Shown: positions 13,941-27,475 of the stretch, piece after piece
Position numbering within the stretch: the stretch's first letter is position 1
How the letters are laid out: each line of letters starts with the position of its first letter
Source of the DNA: Ranitomeya imitator
Lineage: Eukaryota
Assembly (NCBI RefSeq): GCF_032444005.1
Contig: NC_091289.1
Coordinates: 131,254,001 to 131,318,000, forward strand
Direction of reading: 5' to 3'
DNA: 64,000 nucleotides
The notes under the pieces: generated by a model
The model's input: the letters and a program-made list of their open reading frames with translations, nothing else
Told to the model about the DNA's origin: nothing
Databases searched by the model: none
Translations under genes and position numbers: made by a program

Positions 13941-16900
13941 GGTGACTTTATTCTTTGGGTAGGTGCGATTACAACGATACCAGATTTATATCGGGTTTTT
14001 ATGTTTGGCTACTGTCACACACTAAAAGACGCTTTTTCTTGCAAAAAATAGTTTTTGCATCACCCAAGTTTTCAGAGCTATAATTTTTCTATATCTTGGC
14101 ACACAGAGTAATATGAGAGCTTGTTTTCTGTGGAACAAGTTGACATTTTAATTGGTAGCATTTTCGGGTGCATGACATTTTTGGATCGCTTTCTATTCTG
14201 ATTTTTGGGAGCCAGAATTAACAAAAACCAGCAATTTTGGAATTTATTTTATTTTTTTTAGGGGGGTATGCCATACCATGTTTGGTAAAATTGGCAGTTT
14301 TATTCTTCGGGTCAGTACAATTACAGCGATACCTCATTTATATAGTTTTTCTTTTTGTTTTGGCGCTTTTACACAATAAATACTATTTTATAGAAAAAAA
14401 TATTTTTGCATCACTTTATTCTGAGAGCTATAACTTTTCTATTTTTCCGCTGAAGGAGCTGTATTCCAGCTTGTTTTTTGTGGGACAAGATCACATTTTC
14501 AGCGGTCCCATGTTAATTTATATGTCTTTTTATCACATTTTATTCCACTTTTTGTTTGGCAGTGTGATGATAAAGCATTGTTTTTTTTGTGGTGTTCACT
14601 AAAGGAGTTAACAAGTGGGACAGTTTTATAGGTCGGGTCGTTGCGGACACGGCTATATCAAATATGTGTACCTTTATTGTTTATATTTTTTTCATACAAA
14701 TTTTTATTTATAGTTACAATATCTTTTGATTTTTTTATTATTATTTTTTAATTGTTTAAAATATTTTTTTTTACTTTTTTTAAGTTTTTTTTTAATTTGT
14801 CGCACTATGGGACTATCGCAGGCTGATTGCTTGTACAGCCTGAGAATGAAGCAGAAAACTGTAGAAACTGTCTGCTCTGCACCAACAGGGAAAGTTGCTA
14901 ATCATGCACTGCACATGATCAGCAAGTTTCCTAGCTCTGGTGACCTGGATGTAACTATGACGATATTGGGTCACCATGGCAGTGATCAGGACCATGCATC
15001 ACGCCGTGGGTTCTCCGATCCAAATGCAGAGGGTCTGTCAGCCTGCTGCCAGCTCCCAGAATGCAGCGATTGTGTTCGATCGCAGCATTTTGGGGGTTAA
15101 AGTGCCAGGAGCAGTGCGTGACCTCTCCTGGCACTTAGTGCTGCGTGTCAGCAGTCACAATCAGTTGACACCTGATGGCGATCGACCGCACACCACCCGT
15201 GTGTGCGGGCAATGAAAATGACATAATAATCTGTCCCTGGTCAAATTGGCCCAGGGCACATGGATGGATTATTACATCTGATGTCAGAAAGGGGTTAATG
15301 TAGATAAATGTAAAGTAATGCACCTGGGATGGAGTAATACTATTGCTGCATATACATTAAATGGGAGTATACTCAAGACTACAGAATAGGAGAAGGACTT
15401 GGGTATTCTCGTTACAAGTAAGCTGAGCAGCAGTATTCAATGTTAAGCAGCAGTCGCAAACGCAAACAAGATTTTAGGATGTATAAAAAGAGAGCTAAAA
15501 TCCCACAATCCCAACGTATTAGCACCCATTTATAAATCAATGGTGAAGCCACACCTAGATTACACGGTCTAGTTTTGGGCTCCACATTTTAAAAAGGAAA
15601 TTCCGAAATTACAGTCAGTTCAAAGATGGGCAACTACATTATTTCACGGGATGGAAGGCCTCTCATATGAGGAGAGGTTGGAAAAGTTGGGCTTGTTTAG
15701 CTTAGAAAAAAGATTCCTCAGTGGAGCTCTCATTGACAAGTATAAATATATGTGTGACCATTACAAAACACTGGCACATGACTTATTCCTTCCAAAGACC
15801 ATACTAAGGACCAGGGGGCACTCATTAGGGGTGGAAGAAAGGCGATTCCAACAGTTAAACAGGAAAGGGTTCTTTACAGTTAGAGCAGTCAAACTGTGGA
15901 ATGCCAGACCACAGGAGGAAGTAATGGCAGACACTATAACAGCTTTTAAAAAAGGGCTGGATGATTTCCTCAGTACACATAACATTGCGGGTTATAGTCA
16001 AATTAGTGATGAAATGTACAATTGGTGGAGAAAGGTTGAACCTGATGGACTTAGGTCTTTTTTCAACCAACATAGCTATGTAACTACTGTATATATTTTA
16101 TTTTGCAATGTTCCTCAACTTCATCCCTACGTCGACATTTTGGTATGGAATACGTCAATAAAATCTGCAAAAGGCAATTTCTTCTTTTTTTGCTAGTTCT
16201 AGCTATTTGCTGTTCAACATGGATATTTCTACATTTCTTAACTGTGAAACCTCAAAATTAAGATAGCCGGGCTCCTGAGACTCTATTTGTATGTTCACTT
16301 GCCTGTCAGTAGAGAAGCAGGCTTGCTTGTCTTCTTTAGACTTCAAGAGATTTGCAGTTCTGCCAAGAATACATTAAATTACACTAAATATAACCTTTCA
16401 AATTACCTTTTGGCAGTGGAGAGAGTGGCTTGTTCTGATAGCTAATATTATATATTTCAACATCTATAAATCATGATACTGAAAGCATTGCACAGTGTGT
16501 GGAGACTCAACAAGTTATGAAAAATTGGATTGGTTTTACTTATTTGTAGCTTTCCAACACACCACATTTTAAACACTACTTAACCTTCTGACTCCAATGT
16601 GCTCAATGATAAATTATGGCTAAAGTTGAGTTTGAAACCTCCCAATCTAAATGACACAGAAAAAGTGAGTTATAGGTTCCTGAATTAAACTACGGTTGTA
16701 TTCTAAAGCTCTAATTCACTAGTAAGATAGCTACAAATATTGTATAATTTCACTGCAACAAATGTACCTGAATATATGGATGAATAAATAATGATAATAA
16801 TATTATGTTAACTTATTTGAGAAAAATGCATATTTTTAGTTATTGACCATGAAAAAAATATCCCTCCTCTAAAGCATATGATATAAAGCAAATAAATTAC

Positions 16901-17587
16901 TCCTCTTTAACCCTTTATCTTATTTATTTTAGATTGATCCAATTGATTATATTGATCAAGTTATTCATTAGATTTTATACTTTAGTGCTTACCTTGGGGA
17001 AAGGGTAAAATAAAATTACATAGAGTTATCACTAGAGATAAGATCATAAATTTAATTAGAATTGAATTCTACTCAATTTTACAAAACATCCATATTTGCC
17101 AAAATGCAGACTTTTCATAAATTTGCTTCCGCTGGTTGCCAATTTTCTTAAATGTAAACGTCCAACCAAAGGTAAAAAAAATTATACTCACGTCACCTCT
17201 CACTTCTCAAACCACTCTGCTCCTCACAGTCACCTGTCCGGTCCTTGTCATATCTTCTGATCCTTGCCACCCATGCTGAAATTCCCATGCGTGTGCACAA
17301 GCTCGGGCCGCATATCATGACATCATAACATGCTTGCACAGAAACCTTGCGGTTTGTTGGGTTGCAAAATATTGAATATAACGTACAATTTTTTCATTAA
17401 AACCCCTGGTGTTAATAAGTCACTAAGCACAACCGACCACTGGACTAATATGCATAGAAACATCAAGGATTTCAATGAATAAAATGCATATTTGACTGAG
17501 AATCTTTCTTCAACAATGTACAGCAATCTGTTTATCTCCTCTTACTCTATTCTTTCCTGAAGGCAGATCAGATTGCATTTTCAACAT

Positions 17588-18140
17588 GTATATGGGAAAA
17601 ATAAGTATTTGAATCACTGCCGATTTTACATGTTTTCCCACCTACAAAGAGTGGAGAGGTCTGTAAATTTTATTGTAGGTACATTTCAACTGTGAGAGAC
17701 AGAATCTTAAAACAAAGTCTGGAAAATCAAGTTGCATGATTTTTACAAAATTAATTTGAAATTTATTGCATGATACAACAAAAAACAGAACTTACTATTT
17801 GGTACAGAAACCTTTATTTTCATTTACAGAGATCAAACATTTCCTGTAGTTCTTGACCAAGCTTGCAAACACTGCGGCAGGAATTTTGGCCCACTTCTCC
17901 ATACAGATCTTCTCCAGATCTTTCATGTTTTGGGGCTGTCTCTAGGCAACATTGAGTTTCAACTCCCTCCAAAGATTTTCTATTGGGCTCAGATCTAGAG
18001 ACCGGCTAGGCAACTCCAGGACCTTGAAATGCTTCTTACAGAGCTACTCCTTAGTTGCCCTGGTTGTGTGTTTCAGGTCATTGTCATGCTGGAAGACCAA
18101 GCCATGACCCATATTCAATGCTCTTTCTTAGGGAAGGAGG
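17588..18140. mobile_element. Tc1/mariner-like remnant
   Basis: GGGAAAAATAAGTATTTGAATCAC.. resembles vertebrate Tc1 terminal sequence; recognised from memory, no intact ORF. Confidence 0.5.
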
Positions 18141-18509
18141 TTGTTGGCCAAAATCTCGCCCACTTCACATGGACTTCTTGCACTGCAGTAGCAATATAGT
18201 GATGATATTGAGATCCCACCAAGTTTGACTGTATGCTTTTGATGCACAACTGGCTGATCCCTTCCTGGGATCAGCCCCCTGAATGGGCAGAAGTGTTCAC
18301 ACCCTCCTCCTTAAACATTTGCTTTTAGCTCAAACAATTAAGAATATTTGAGAAGCCCATCACCTGGGATTGCATGGCAGACCTCTTGTGGTGACAGCTC
18401 CCCTGGGTCTAATATCCGCATCCACGAAATGGGCCTACTGTCTGGGAGAATAATGGGTTGAGGCCCCTGAGATACTGATGAGATTAATAGAATGATTGCT
18501 TTACATTTA

Positions 18510-19066
18510 AGGTACCTTCACACTCAGTGACGCTGCAGTGATACCGACAACGATGTCGATCGCTGCAGCGTCGCTGTTTGGTCGCTGGAGAGCTGTCACA
18601 CAGACAGCTCTCCAGCGACCAACGATCCCGAGGTCCCTGGGCACAGCGGCCGGAAAGCAGAGCGGCTGACCGACGCTCACAGCCAGTGCAGGAGGAGTGC
18701 AGAGAAGCACAGCGCCGGGGACAGACAGCGGAAGGTAAGTATGTACTGTTTGTTTTTTTACTTTTACGCTGGTAACCAGGGTAAACATTGGGTTACTAAG
18801 CGCGGCCCTGCGCTTAGTAACCCGATGTTTACCCTGGTTACCAGTGAAGACATTGCTGGATCGGTGTCACACACGCCGATCCAGCGATGTCTGCAGGGAG
18901 TCCAGCGACGAAATAAAGTTCTGGACTTTCCTCAGCGACCAACGATCTCCCAGCACGGGCCTGATCGTTGGTCGCTGTCACACATAACGATTTCTTTAAT
19001 GATATCGTTGCTATGTCACAAAAAGCAACGATATCGTTAACGATATCGTTATGTGTGAAGGTACCT
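18510..19066. mobile_element. Harbinger-type MITE
   Basis: Perfect AGGTACCTTCACAC TIRs; flanks TTA and TAA; CG-rich internal palindromes. Confidence 0.8.
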
Positions 19067-19181
19067 TAACTGTTAGCAATCTCCTGTATGGTCTTATGTA
19101 TACATGAGATCCATCCAGTACATCTTCCTCTGCTTACTGTCACTGAATGAAAACATTTATTCCTGAGGTTGAACTGATGAG

Positions 19182-19945
19182 TAGTGTTGAGCATTCCGAT
19201 ACCGCAAGTATCGGGTATCGGCCGATACTTGCGGTATCGGAATTCCGATACCGAGATCCGATACTTTTGTGGTATCGGGTATCGGTATCGGATCAATAGG
19301 GATGTGTAAAATAAAGAATTAAAATAAAAAATATTGATATGCTCACCTCTCCGGCGGCCCCTGGACATCACGCTGGTAACCGGCCGGCTTCTTTGTTTAA
19401 AATGAGCGCCTTCAGGACCTGCGAATGACGTCGCGGGTTCTGATTGGTCGCGTGCCGCCCATGTGACCGGCACGCGACCAATCAGAAGCCGCGACGTCAT
19501 TCTCATTCACAAAACTCCTAATTCTCGGAATTAAGGACCTGCGAATGACGTCGCGGCTTCTGATTGGTCGCGTGCCGGTCACATGGGCGGCACGCGACCA
19601 ATCAGAACCCGCGACGTCATTTGCAGGTCCTGAAGGCGTTCATTTTAAACAAAGAAGCCGGCCGGTTACCAGCGTGATGTCCAGGGGCCGCCGGAGAGGT
19701 GAGCATATCAATATTTTTTATTTTAATTCTTTATTTTACACATCCCTATGGATCCCAGGGCCTGAAGGAGAGTTTCCTCTCCTTCAGACCCTGGGAACCA
19801 TGAGAATACCTTCCGATACTTGATGTCCCATTGACTTGTATTGGTATCGGATATCGGTATTGGCGATATCCGATATTTTTCGGGTATCGGCCGATACTAT
19901 CCGATACCGATACTTTCAAGTATCGGACGGTATCGCTCAACACTA
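19182..19945. mobile_element. hAT-type MITE with a long internal inverted repeat
   Basis: TAGTGTTGAGC..GCTCAACACTA TIRs; perfect 8-bp TSD CTGATGAG (19174-19181, 19946-19953); ~19300-19500 is mirrored at ~19535-19745. Confidence 0.9.
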
Positions 19946-21822
19946 CTGATGAGTAAGCAAACATCTAATAAAACACATCAAGAAAATCTCTAATAAAAAA
20001 CAACAATAATATCGACCTAACCAGTGCTCCGTGCTGGAAAAAGTCTGCATCCCTTAGAGCCGTGGACTCAGCTCTACGTGCATTGATCCAATAGTCTTTA
20101 GTAAGTGGCCAACCCCTCACACTCCTCATGTTTCGACTCCTTCACCTCCATTTCCTGTGCAATCGCCTTTCAAGATTCTAACACTCACTTTAAAGCACTA
20201 CGTCCAATTCTACCACTCTCTGCATCTATGGGTGCATCCAATGCATCACTGCTATTTGGGGTTCCCCACAACTAATTCCAGACACCTTGAAATAATCTCT
20301 AAGCTCACAATCTGTATCCCTTTTATGAAATTAATATCAGGTATCTCGAAATAATCTTTAGTTTCTTCTGGATTTAATTTCAAAGACATTGAACTAATCT
20401 CTAGTCATATGACACTAAAGTCAAACATCTTGAAATTATATCTACAATGTCGTAAGTCAATGTTTGTTATATCTTTCTAAATCTGCAATAAACATGTCAT
20501 CTATTATCGTTGATCAGGAGATTGCATGACAATAACAGAACACACATTGAAGCAAAACATGGCACTGGACTATCATGACTCAATTGTTAGCTTTATATAC
20601 TGCCACTTATCACTACTCAGGCGATTATTATCACCCTTATTCTACAAGAGTCAGAAGCAATAAGAAAGTTCCTGCCAGTATGCTTCTGCGCCCAGTGGTT
20701 ATCTACTCTCAGTGTCAAAAGGACAATATTATAGTCCTGAATTCAATTTCTTAATCACATGCCTATAGACAATTAAAACATATACATAAGCATAAATAGA
20801 ATCATAGAAAGTTTTTAAAATATTCAGCGTACCTGTAAAAACTGTCTGGGTTAAGTTAGGAGTGCTACAAACACTTTGTGCTTTTTTTTATGTCTCTCCA
20901 TCTCTGAAAATGTCCTTTTTTAAGGTTTCATTAGATTTTTTTTATATCTCAGTGGTGCCTCCAAAACTGTTGGAGCAGTTCTAATTCCAACTTAAAAGAT
21001 TCTGGGATTTATTTTACGGCACCTCTGAGAATCAAATAAATACACAGGATGTGATTTGCAAAGCTCTCCAAAGAAAAAAAAATGAAGATTTTATTTATTT
21101 ATCCCCTTCATGAACATAGGTATACTATGAATAAATTTAGGCTTTTCTAAAATGGGAGAAAATTCCAGAATACAAAGCTACATAATAAGTAAAGAGATTT
21201 CCGTTATCCATCTGGCTTAGTCAGTTTAGTCACACTGCTCAACAAATCTTTGTTTCAGTGAGCTATCCAGAGAATTACCACACTCTTATGTGTATGGCGA
21301 CCTATCAATTCCCTCTAGACAGATGATGTTGGGGGAGATAATGATAAAGCAGTTTATTTATATTTTCTTAACATTTTGTTATGTAAGCAGATAAGACATT
21401 TCCAGATGAGTATGGCTTACTCCACTCTCCCATAAGGAAATATAGAGAGATTGCTGTTGGCCAAATGAGCGCTTGGCCGGCAGTTATCCAAGATGTATAG
21501 GGGGGGGCTCTAGTTTGTGACCCCCATTAGGAACTGATATACATCGTTTAAGTAGATTACTAATGTGTACACCCCAATTCCTTAAGTTATCTTGGTGACA
21601 TGAATGATGCTTTGTAAACACTAAAATTTGAATCTATATTGCCCTGTCTTCGGACATTAATCGTTATTGTTCTTGAATGGCATACAAATATCCTTAAAAG
21701 GGAAAAAACTATGAAATGTAGTTACAGAAATACCATTCACGATGTTTAGAAGCTTTATTTAAACCCTTGTGCACATTGTAATTGCTGCCATGTACAGCTA
21801 TAGTAAATAAATATTAAGAAGA

Positions 21823-22967
21823 CTAGATGGAGGCCGGATGCTATCGCATCGGGAGGGTGGTAATGTCACAATGGGGGCAGGCTTTGCAGCGTTGAGAATC
21901 TTTCCCCCATGTGCTCCCCCACCTATCCACTCTCTTTTTCCCCATGTGCTGACTTCTCCCGTCTGTCCTCTCTTCTTTGACCTGTCTACCCCATGTGCTA
22001 TCCTCCTTGTCTGCTGTCTCTCTCCTTCCTGTGCTGTGTTCTCCCCTCATGCGCTGTCCCGTTTGAGCTGTCTCCCCCTATGCTCTGTCTCTCTCACCCC
22101 TGTGCGCTTTGATTGTAGAGGATACATTTTGTGAGGTAAAATATTGTTTAAAAACAGTCAGTGAAATATTTTACCTGACAAAAGAAATCCTCTGTGATTC
22201 CCTGCTGTAATGTCAGTATTATCTTTTGCTTCCTCCCCTGCCCAAGAGATGTGGTATGCTCTGTACACAGTCAGACACAGTCAATTTTTAAAATAAACTT
22301 ACGGTCGTGGGAAAACCCCTTTAATCTGGCCGGCTTCCTTTGCCTGTAGACACGTCGCACATCTGCCGCTGGGATCAGCCGAATGATTCACTGCACCTGT
22401 GCAGAATTCACGCAGGCGCAGTAAATCAGATCGCCGCCATCTTTGTGCAGACAGATAGCGGACATCACATTAAAACTGCACATGTGCTCCTCTTGTACAA
22501 AGATGGCGGCGGTCATTGAATCATTCGGCTGATCGCATTGGCGTGTTCGTGATGGTGTTCCGCTTGTGGTACTGCACAAGAGGCTGCGTTCGGTGTATAC
22601 AGTGTGTGTGTGTGTGGTGCTTACAGCATATACAGTGCGTGTTTGTGTGTGGTGCGTACGGTGCATACAGTGTGTGTGGTGCGTATGGCATATACAGTGT
22701 TTGTGTGTGTGTGGTGCGTACAGCGTATGCAGTGTGTGTGTGTGTGGTGCGTTCAGCGTATGTAGTGTGTGTGTGTGGTGCGAGGGTGTTCCGCTGGTGG
22801 TACCGCGCAAAAGGCTGGTACCACCAGCAGTTTCCATATTGAGACACCCATCACTTGGGTGTCCCAATATGGTGGTCGGTGAACTTCCGCCGCTTGGAAT
22901 TGTGGGATCCAGACACATCTGGATGGAACAGGATGTGAGGACATTACAAGATAAGTATATATGAAGA
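21823..22967 (-). mobile_element. Non-autonomous Helitron-like element
   Basis: The minus-strand 3' end has hairpin CCCGATGCGATAGCATCCGG then CCATCTAG|T; candidate 5' end A|TCTTCATATATAC at 22967 is uncertain; internal CA/GT-rich repeats. Confidence 0.5.
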
Positions 22968-24230
22968 TGACACGTAAGAGAACAGGTTTTACTTATTCTT
23001 AGAGATCAGCAATACAGCGAGTGGTCACTAAGGGCTTTTTCAATAATATTCTTTTTATTTGGGGGATTTTAACAATCTTTGGGAGAGGGGAATAGATGTA
23101 TGATCATTACAATGAATGGTAAATAATAAATATAGTAATGTTATTCATATCAAACAAAATTAATAAGTAAGATGTTGTATGGAAGAAACTGGGAAAAATG
23201 AGTTAGAACAGGAGGGGAAGGATGTGAGAAAGAAAAGGAGAAATAAGGAAGTGTAAGGGGCAAGGGATAAGGAAAGAATAAAGGGAAGAGGGGAAGGTTG
23301 GGAGAGATGAGTTGGAGACCAGGGGCAGGGGTAAAAGATCATCCTTATTAAGATAATAGTTATAGCAATACAGTTTTCAGCTAAGGCTTTTTCCGTGTAA
23401 TATATACTGTATGACGACAGAACACGAGAGCTTTTCCTATTTGGGTGCGATGTAAGCAGCTCATCTGCCTCCAACAACCATACAGGCCACAAAATCTCTA
23501 GCATTGCTAAATGTAAAAGTACAAAACTCTTGTACATGTTCTCACAGCTGTAGCAGCTAATTTATTCATACTCATGACAATAACAGAAGCGCGCGGTCTG
23601 CTTAAATATTTATACATGAACCAAAGAGTCGGCGCCGGCACGCAATGCTGGATTGTAAATGTGCCTTTAAAAGCTGCTGCTGGGGACATGACGCCGTGTC
23701 TGTTTGTCCTCGAATGTCCCCTTGTGTGACACTAATTTGATACTATCTCTTTTTTTTTAGTGAAGGAAAATACAAACCTTCATGATTTATGCATTTAGAT
23801 GTTATTTTTATTTCTCGCATACTAACACTTGACATTTTAGATCGCGATTCCTAAAGGTATAATGATAATTGGTGCTGAAAATAGATCTGACAATAATGAG
23901 TGATGGGGATTTGAATGACAAGGAATAATATATGGAAAAACAAATAACAAATGTCAGGTGCCAGGTGGAGAGAAACATTTCTGTGTAGGACGTGGACATC
24001 ATCCTTGATGCTGTAACCTCTGAAATAAGCAGTTATCACAGTGGCCAGCTCCAAGCGAGCACCGATGTCTCCTGCAGTGGTCATTGATGAAGAAATGTAG
24101 AACTGCACAGTGCCATATCTAAAAAAATGTACCACATTAAACTGCAGCTTCCAGGCAGGTCTCATTCACAATATTTCTGCTACGTGACCATGAGAATTAG
24201 GAAATCTTATATACCCTACTTACATTGAAA

Positions 24231-24657
24231 AGCAAAAGGGTAACAATGTTGACCCTTTTGACTTTCAGGCTCCATATCTCACCATCCACTTCTGCTTTGA
24301 ACATGAGACTGCCATCATTTCATAGACAATCATCTTGGATATATCATACTTAAATTTGACCTGTAACTATTTAGCATATGATTAGTTATGCAGATTTATG
24401 TCATGTCACTGCAGTGTTACTGTTTTGCTCCTAAAGATCTAAATTTACATTTTTATTTTCTTAATATTTTGTAAATCCACTTTTGGCTTTCAACACTGCC
24501 TAAATCCTTCTGGGCACACTTTGCAAGTCAAATTTATGTATAAGATATCCAAGATGATTGTCTATAAAAAGATGGCCGTCTCACGATCTAAGCAGAAGTG
24601 GACGGTGAGTTATAGAGTCTGAAAGTCAAAAGTTCTAAACAGTATTACCCGTTTGCT
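24231..24657. mobile_element. MITE-like element with ~85-bp imperfect inverted repeats
   Basis: AGCAAAAGGGTAA..CTTTTGACTTTCAG..CCACTTCTGCTT..GAGACTGCCATC is mirrored at ~24570-24657; no TSD recognised. Confidence 0.6.
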
Positions 24658-26054
24658 CTTCACCGTATATATTGCATTGTTCTTTGTTGCAACAAATAAG
24701 CTAAATTTGAAGTGACATTGTTGGATTCATTTTCACCTAGTCCTATAGTAATAAACTCCTAGTGATTGCATTGAAACAGCAACACACAGCCTAATAAGTG
24801 GCACATCGCTGGAATCAGGGTCTCTGTCCCTTCTGCTGTTCTCAGAATACATAGCAAAAACCTGCCAGCTGATTCTCTTTAATGTGTTGCAGTGGCCCAG
24901 TGAGAGTGAGACAGGTTTCTCCACCCTATTATCTAACCACTTGGGCCTTGGGTTGTTTTCCACCATAGTATCTAAGTTGTTAAGTTTATGTAATCAGGAC
25001 TAGCCTCTATTGCAGTAGAATGCTCTGTCAGTGTTCACCTGGCACCTTAAAAATCATCAGACAGGCTTAACAAACACCACGGACCTTTACGCATTATCTC
25101 CTGTACAGGGGGGACTAGAACTTACACAGGGGTCTCAGAGTTGGACCCACGACGTTAGCTGCTGGCCAATTGTGCAGACAGGTAGGAGTAGTCAGGTAGG
25201 CAGGACAGAACCAGGAAGATACAAAATCGGAAGGGACAATAATGGTCGATAAACAGACAACAGGAATGTAACCAAGCCAAGCAGGAGCTGAAAGCACATT
25301 ACTGAACCAGGCGAGATGAACGTTTAACTGGCAGTGAGAGTCAGAGCTCCAGGAGCTTAAATCAAAGACAGTCCTCACCCAAAGATCACTGAAGTCTAAA
25401 CAGCCAGGAGTTAACACCATAGCTCCTTGACTTAGAAGAACCAAAACAGGACTGCCATGTTGTTTCCTTTCTTCGCTTGCAACCAATGTGGTCACCGACC
25501 ATTGACTGAAGTTGAAACAGGGAGAATACTGTAGGTAGAGGCCTGGATGTTACAAGGAGCTAGTTAGCTGTGGATGTTTGCCGTGGAAACTAGCCAGCAG
25601 AATGGACGCCCCACCCTTAAGACTAAAAGGGGGGTCGCATGATAACACAGCACCCAGAACATTAGTATGAGTTTTATTATGTGGCATGTTAAACCAGTAT
25701 TTTAAATTCGGAGGTTTATGAAGGGTTAATATTAACAGTAAGATGCGCTTTGCATGAGCAGGTTTTTTTCTGGTTCCAGCTGGTGGTGTTTCCCGCCCTT
25801 TGTCTGTTCCCTGATTGGTGGTTATAAAAAGTGCGGGAAGAATATTTGGTATAAAAAGCAGCTGTTTCAACGGTTCCTTGTCAGTCACCTGAAGAAATTT
25901 GAAGACCCCTCCCCTCCCCCCCTCCCTTGTTATATGGTTCTCATGTATTTCTAAACGGAAAAATAACCTTCGGCACTCAATAAGGTCCACTCTAGCTTCA
26001 ATTTTCAAAAAGTAGATTTATTTTAGCACAGCCGATAAACAACAGACGTCATAG

Positions 26055-26094
26055 TTTCCGACGTTTCGGCAATTTTATGCCTTTTTCAAGGAAA
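26055..26094 (-). ncRNA. Minimal type I hammerhead ribozyme motif, unit 1
   Basis: RNA UUUCC-UUGAAAAA-GGCA(UAAAAU)UGCC-GAAACGUC-GGAAA: 5-bp helix I, 4-bp helix II, palindromic ACGU stem III, GUC cleavage triplet. Confidence 0.7.
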
Positions 26095-27475
26095 TCTATG
26101 CACAGAAAAAACATGAATATATCATTATAGTGTATACACTGCCATATATTGTCATACATTGTCAGGCTGAATAAATCTTATATAAAAATCAGAGTCAATA
26201 CATAAGAAAGTGGAACGGAAAGGAGAACATAAAAGGATCAAGGAAAACGTGTATTATATCACTAAATAAAGAACAAATGAACCACGTTCATATTAAGTTA
26301 TATAACCACTTGAAATCCAACCGTGATCCATAGGTGAAGGGTGAGCAGGAAAGACACAGGTATTACCCTGTAGTGAAATAACGAATCCCAGAGTAATTTT
26401 ATTTCCAGCGAGATACATGATGTATGTGGTATATCGTCACCAATGACCACCTAGGAGGGTACTATTGCAGGCACCAAATGTAAACATGCACAAAGAAATG
26501 AAAAGAAAAAGAAAAAAAGTCAGGATAATAAACTTTATATACCTGTAGGGGATAATTACTGCCTCATAGAGATCATGAGCAAAACCTGCTCTATATGGGA
26601 CCGGCAGAATAGGCTAAAAAACGAGACAAAAAAGTTCAGAGACTAAATATAAAGAAGCCCGGCTAGGTAAAAATCCATAGCCTGAGCCAGGTTTAAATAT
26701 TACCTATAATAGCAGAGAGATCGGCGTGTGTCCGATGTGCGTCCGGTGACCAGGAAGACGGTGTAAGAAATGCGCCGCTCAGCGGGTTTAAATGCCGAAC
26801 ACCCGTGAGGTCATATCCGGTCTCAGGAGTAAGAGGAATCCTACGCATGCGCGATCTGATCGCCGCTCAGCAAAAATGCCGAACGCTCGTGAGGTAACGT
26901 CCGGTCAGGGAAATAAGGGGAATCCCTGACTCATGCTAGCATAACGCATGCGCAGTGCGGTCCGGTGTAGTAGTGACCGAATGCAATATGTTATGAGCCC
27001 GAAACTAGGAATATTCCTAAATAGGGGAAAAAAAGGGGGAGAACCGGCGTGTACGCATAAAGGACACTATTCAAAATGCATATAAAAGTTCATACTACAT
27101 ATATAAGCTCCGTGAAAAAAAAGAAATCTCATCCAAAAACAATAGGTATGCAAAGTCCTGCCTAGGGGGTCCAGTAGGGAAAAGTTACAATATATAAACA
27201 TCAGTACACTAAACTAATTTTGTAAAGAGCAACAAGTAAAAGGCACCAAAAGAAGCACTCAGATAAAGACAAATGAGATGTGGGGAAAGTGTTGCTCAGT
27301 CGGAAAACGGACAATTGGAGGGAAGAATAACAATCATGACGGCATCTGAAAGAGGGAAATCAAAAAGACACCATGATAATCATGAAACAATTACAACGAA
27401 CTAGATATAATATATTCATATTTCGTCAATTAACACATAGAAATATATGAATAAACAACATGACAAATAACATGT

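Larger units (their letters stand above)
10791..15294. mobile_element. piggyBac-like non-autonomous element (outer)
   Basis: TTAA on both sides (10787-10790, 15295-15298); CCCCTTT..AAAGGGG termini; excision restores the CR1 sequence AGATTTAATGTAGATAAATGTAAAG (RFNVDKCK). Confidence 0.85.
8099..16088 (+). mobile_element. Decayed CR1-clade LINE broken by several insertions
   Basis: ORF1 esterase-like piece (LVVGDSIIRRTDR, 8099-~8730); endonuclease start (8881-9186, NARSL..GITET); RT pieces at 9855-10018 and 10472-10790 (SSGVP.G.VLGPILFNLFINDL); C-terminus at 15299-~16010 (VDKCKVMHLG..LSYEERLEKLGLFSLEKR); CR1-like 3' tail near 16030-16088. Contains stops, frameshifts and a large deletion between the endonuclease and RT pieces. 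Confidence 0.9.

Noticed and set aside
19066-19823. The same peptide encoded on both strands
   Set aside because: Artefact of the MITE's internal inverted repeat.
23590-23720. Unique-looking CpG-containing patch that might be a conserved non-coding element
   Set aside because: Cannot be supported without cross-species alignment.
23950-24125. Possible host exon after a TTTTTTTAG acceptor on the minus strand
   Set aside because: No convincing donor and no recognisable protein in any frame; needs BLASTX or RNA-seq.
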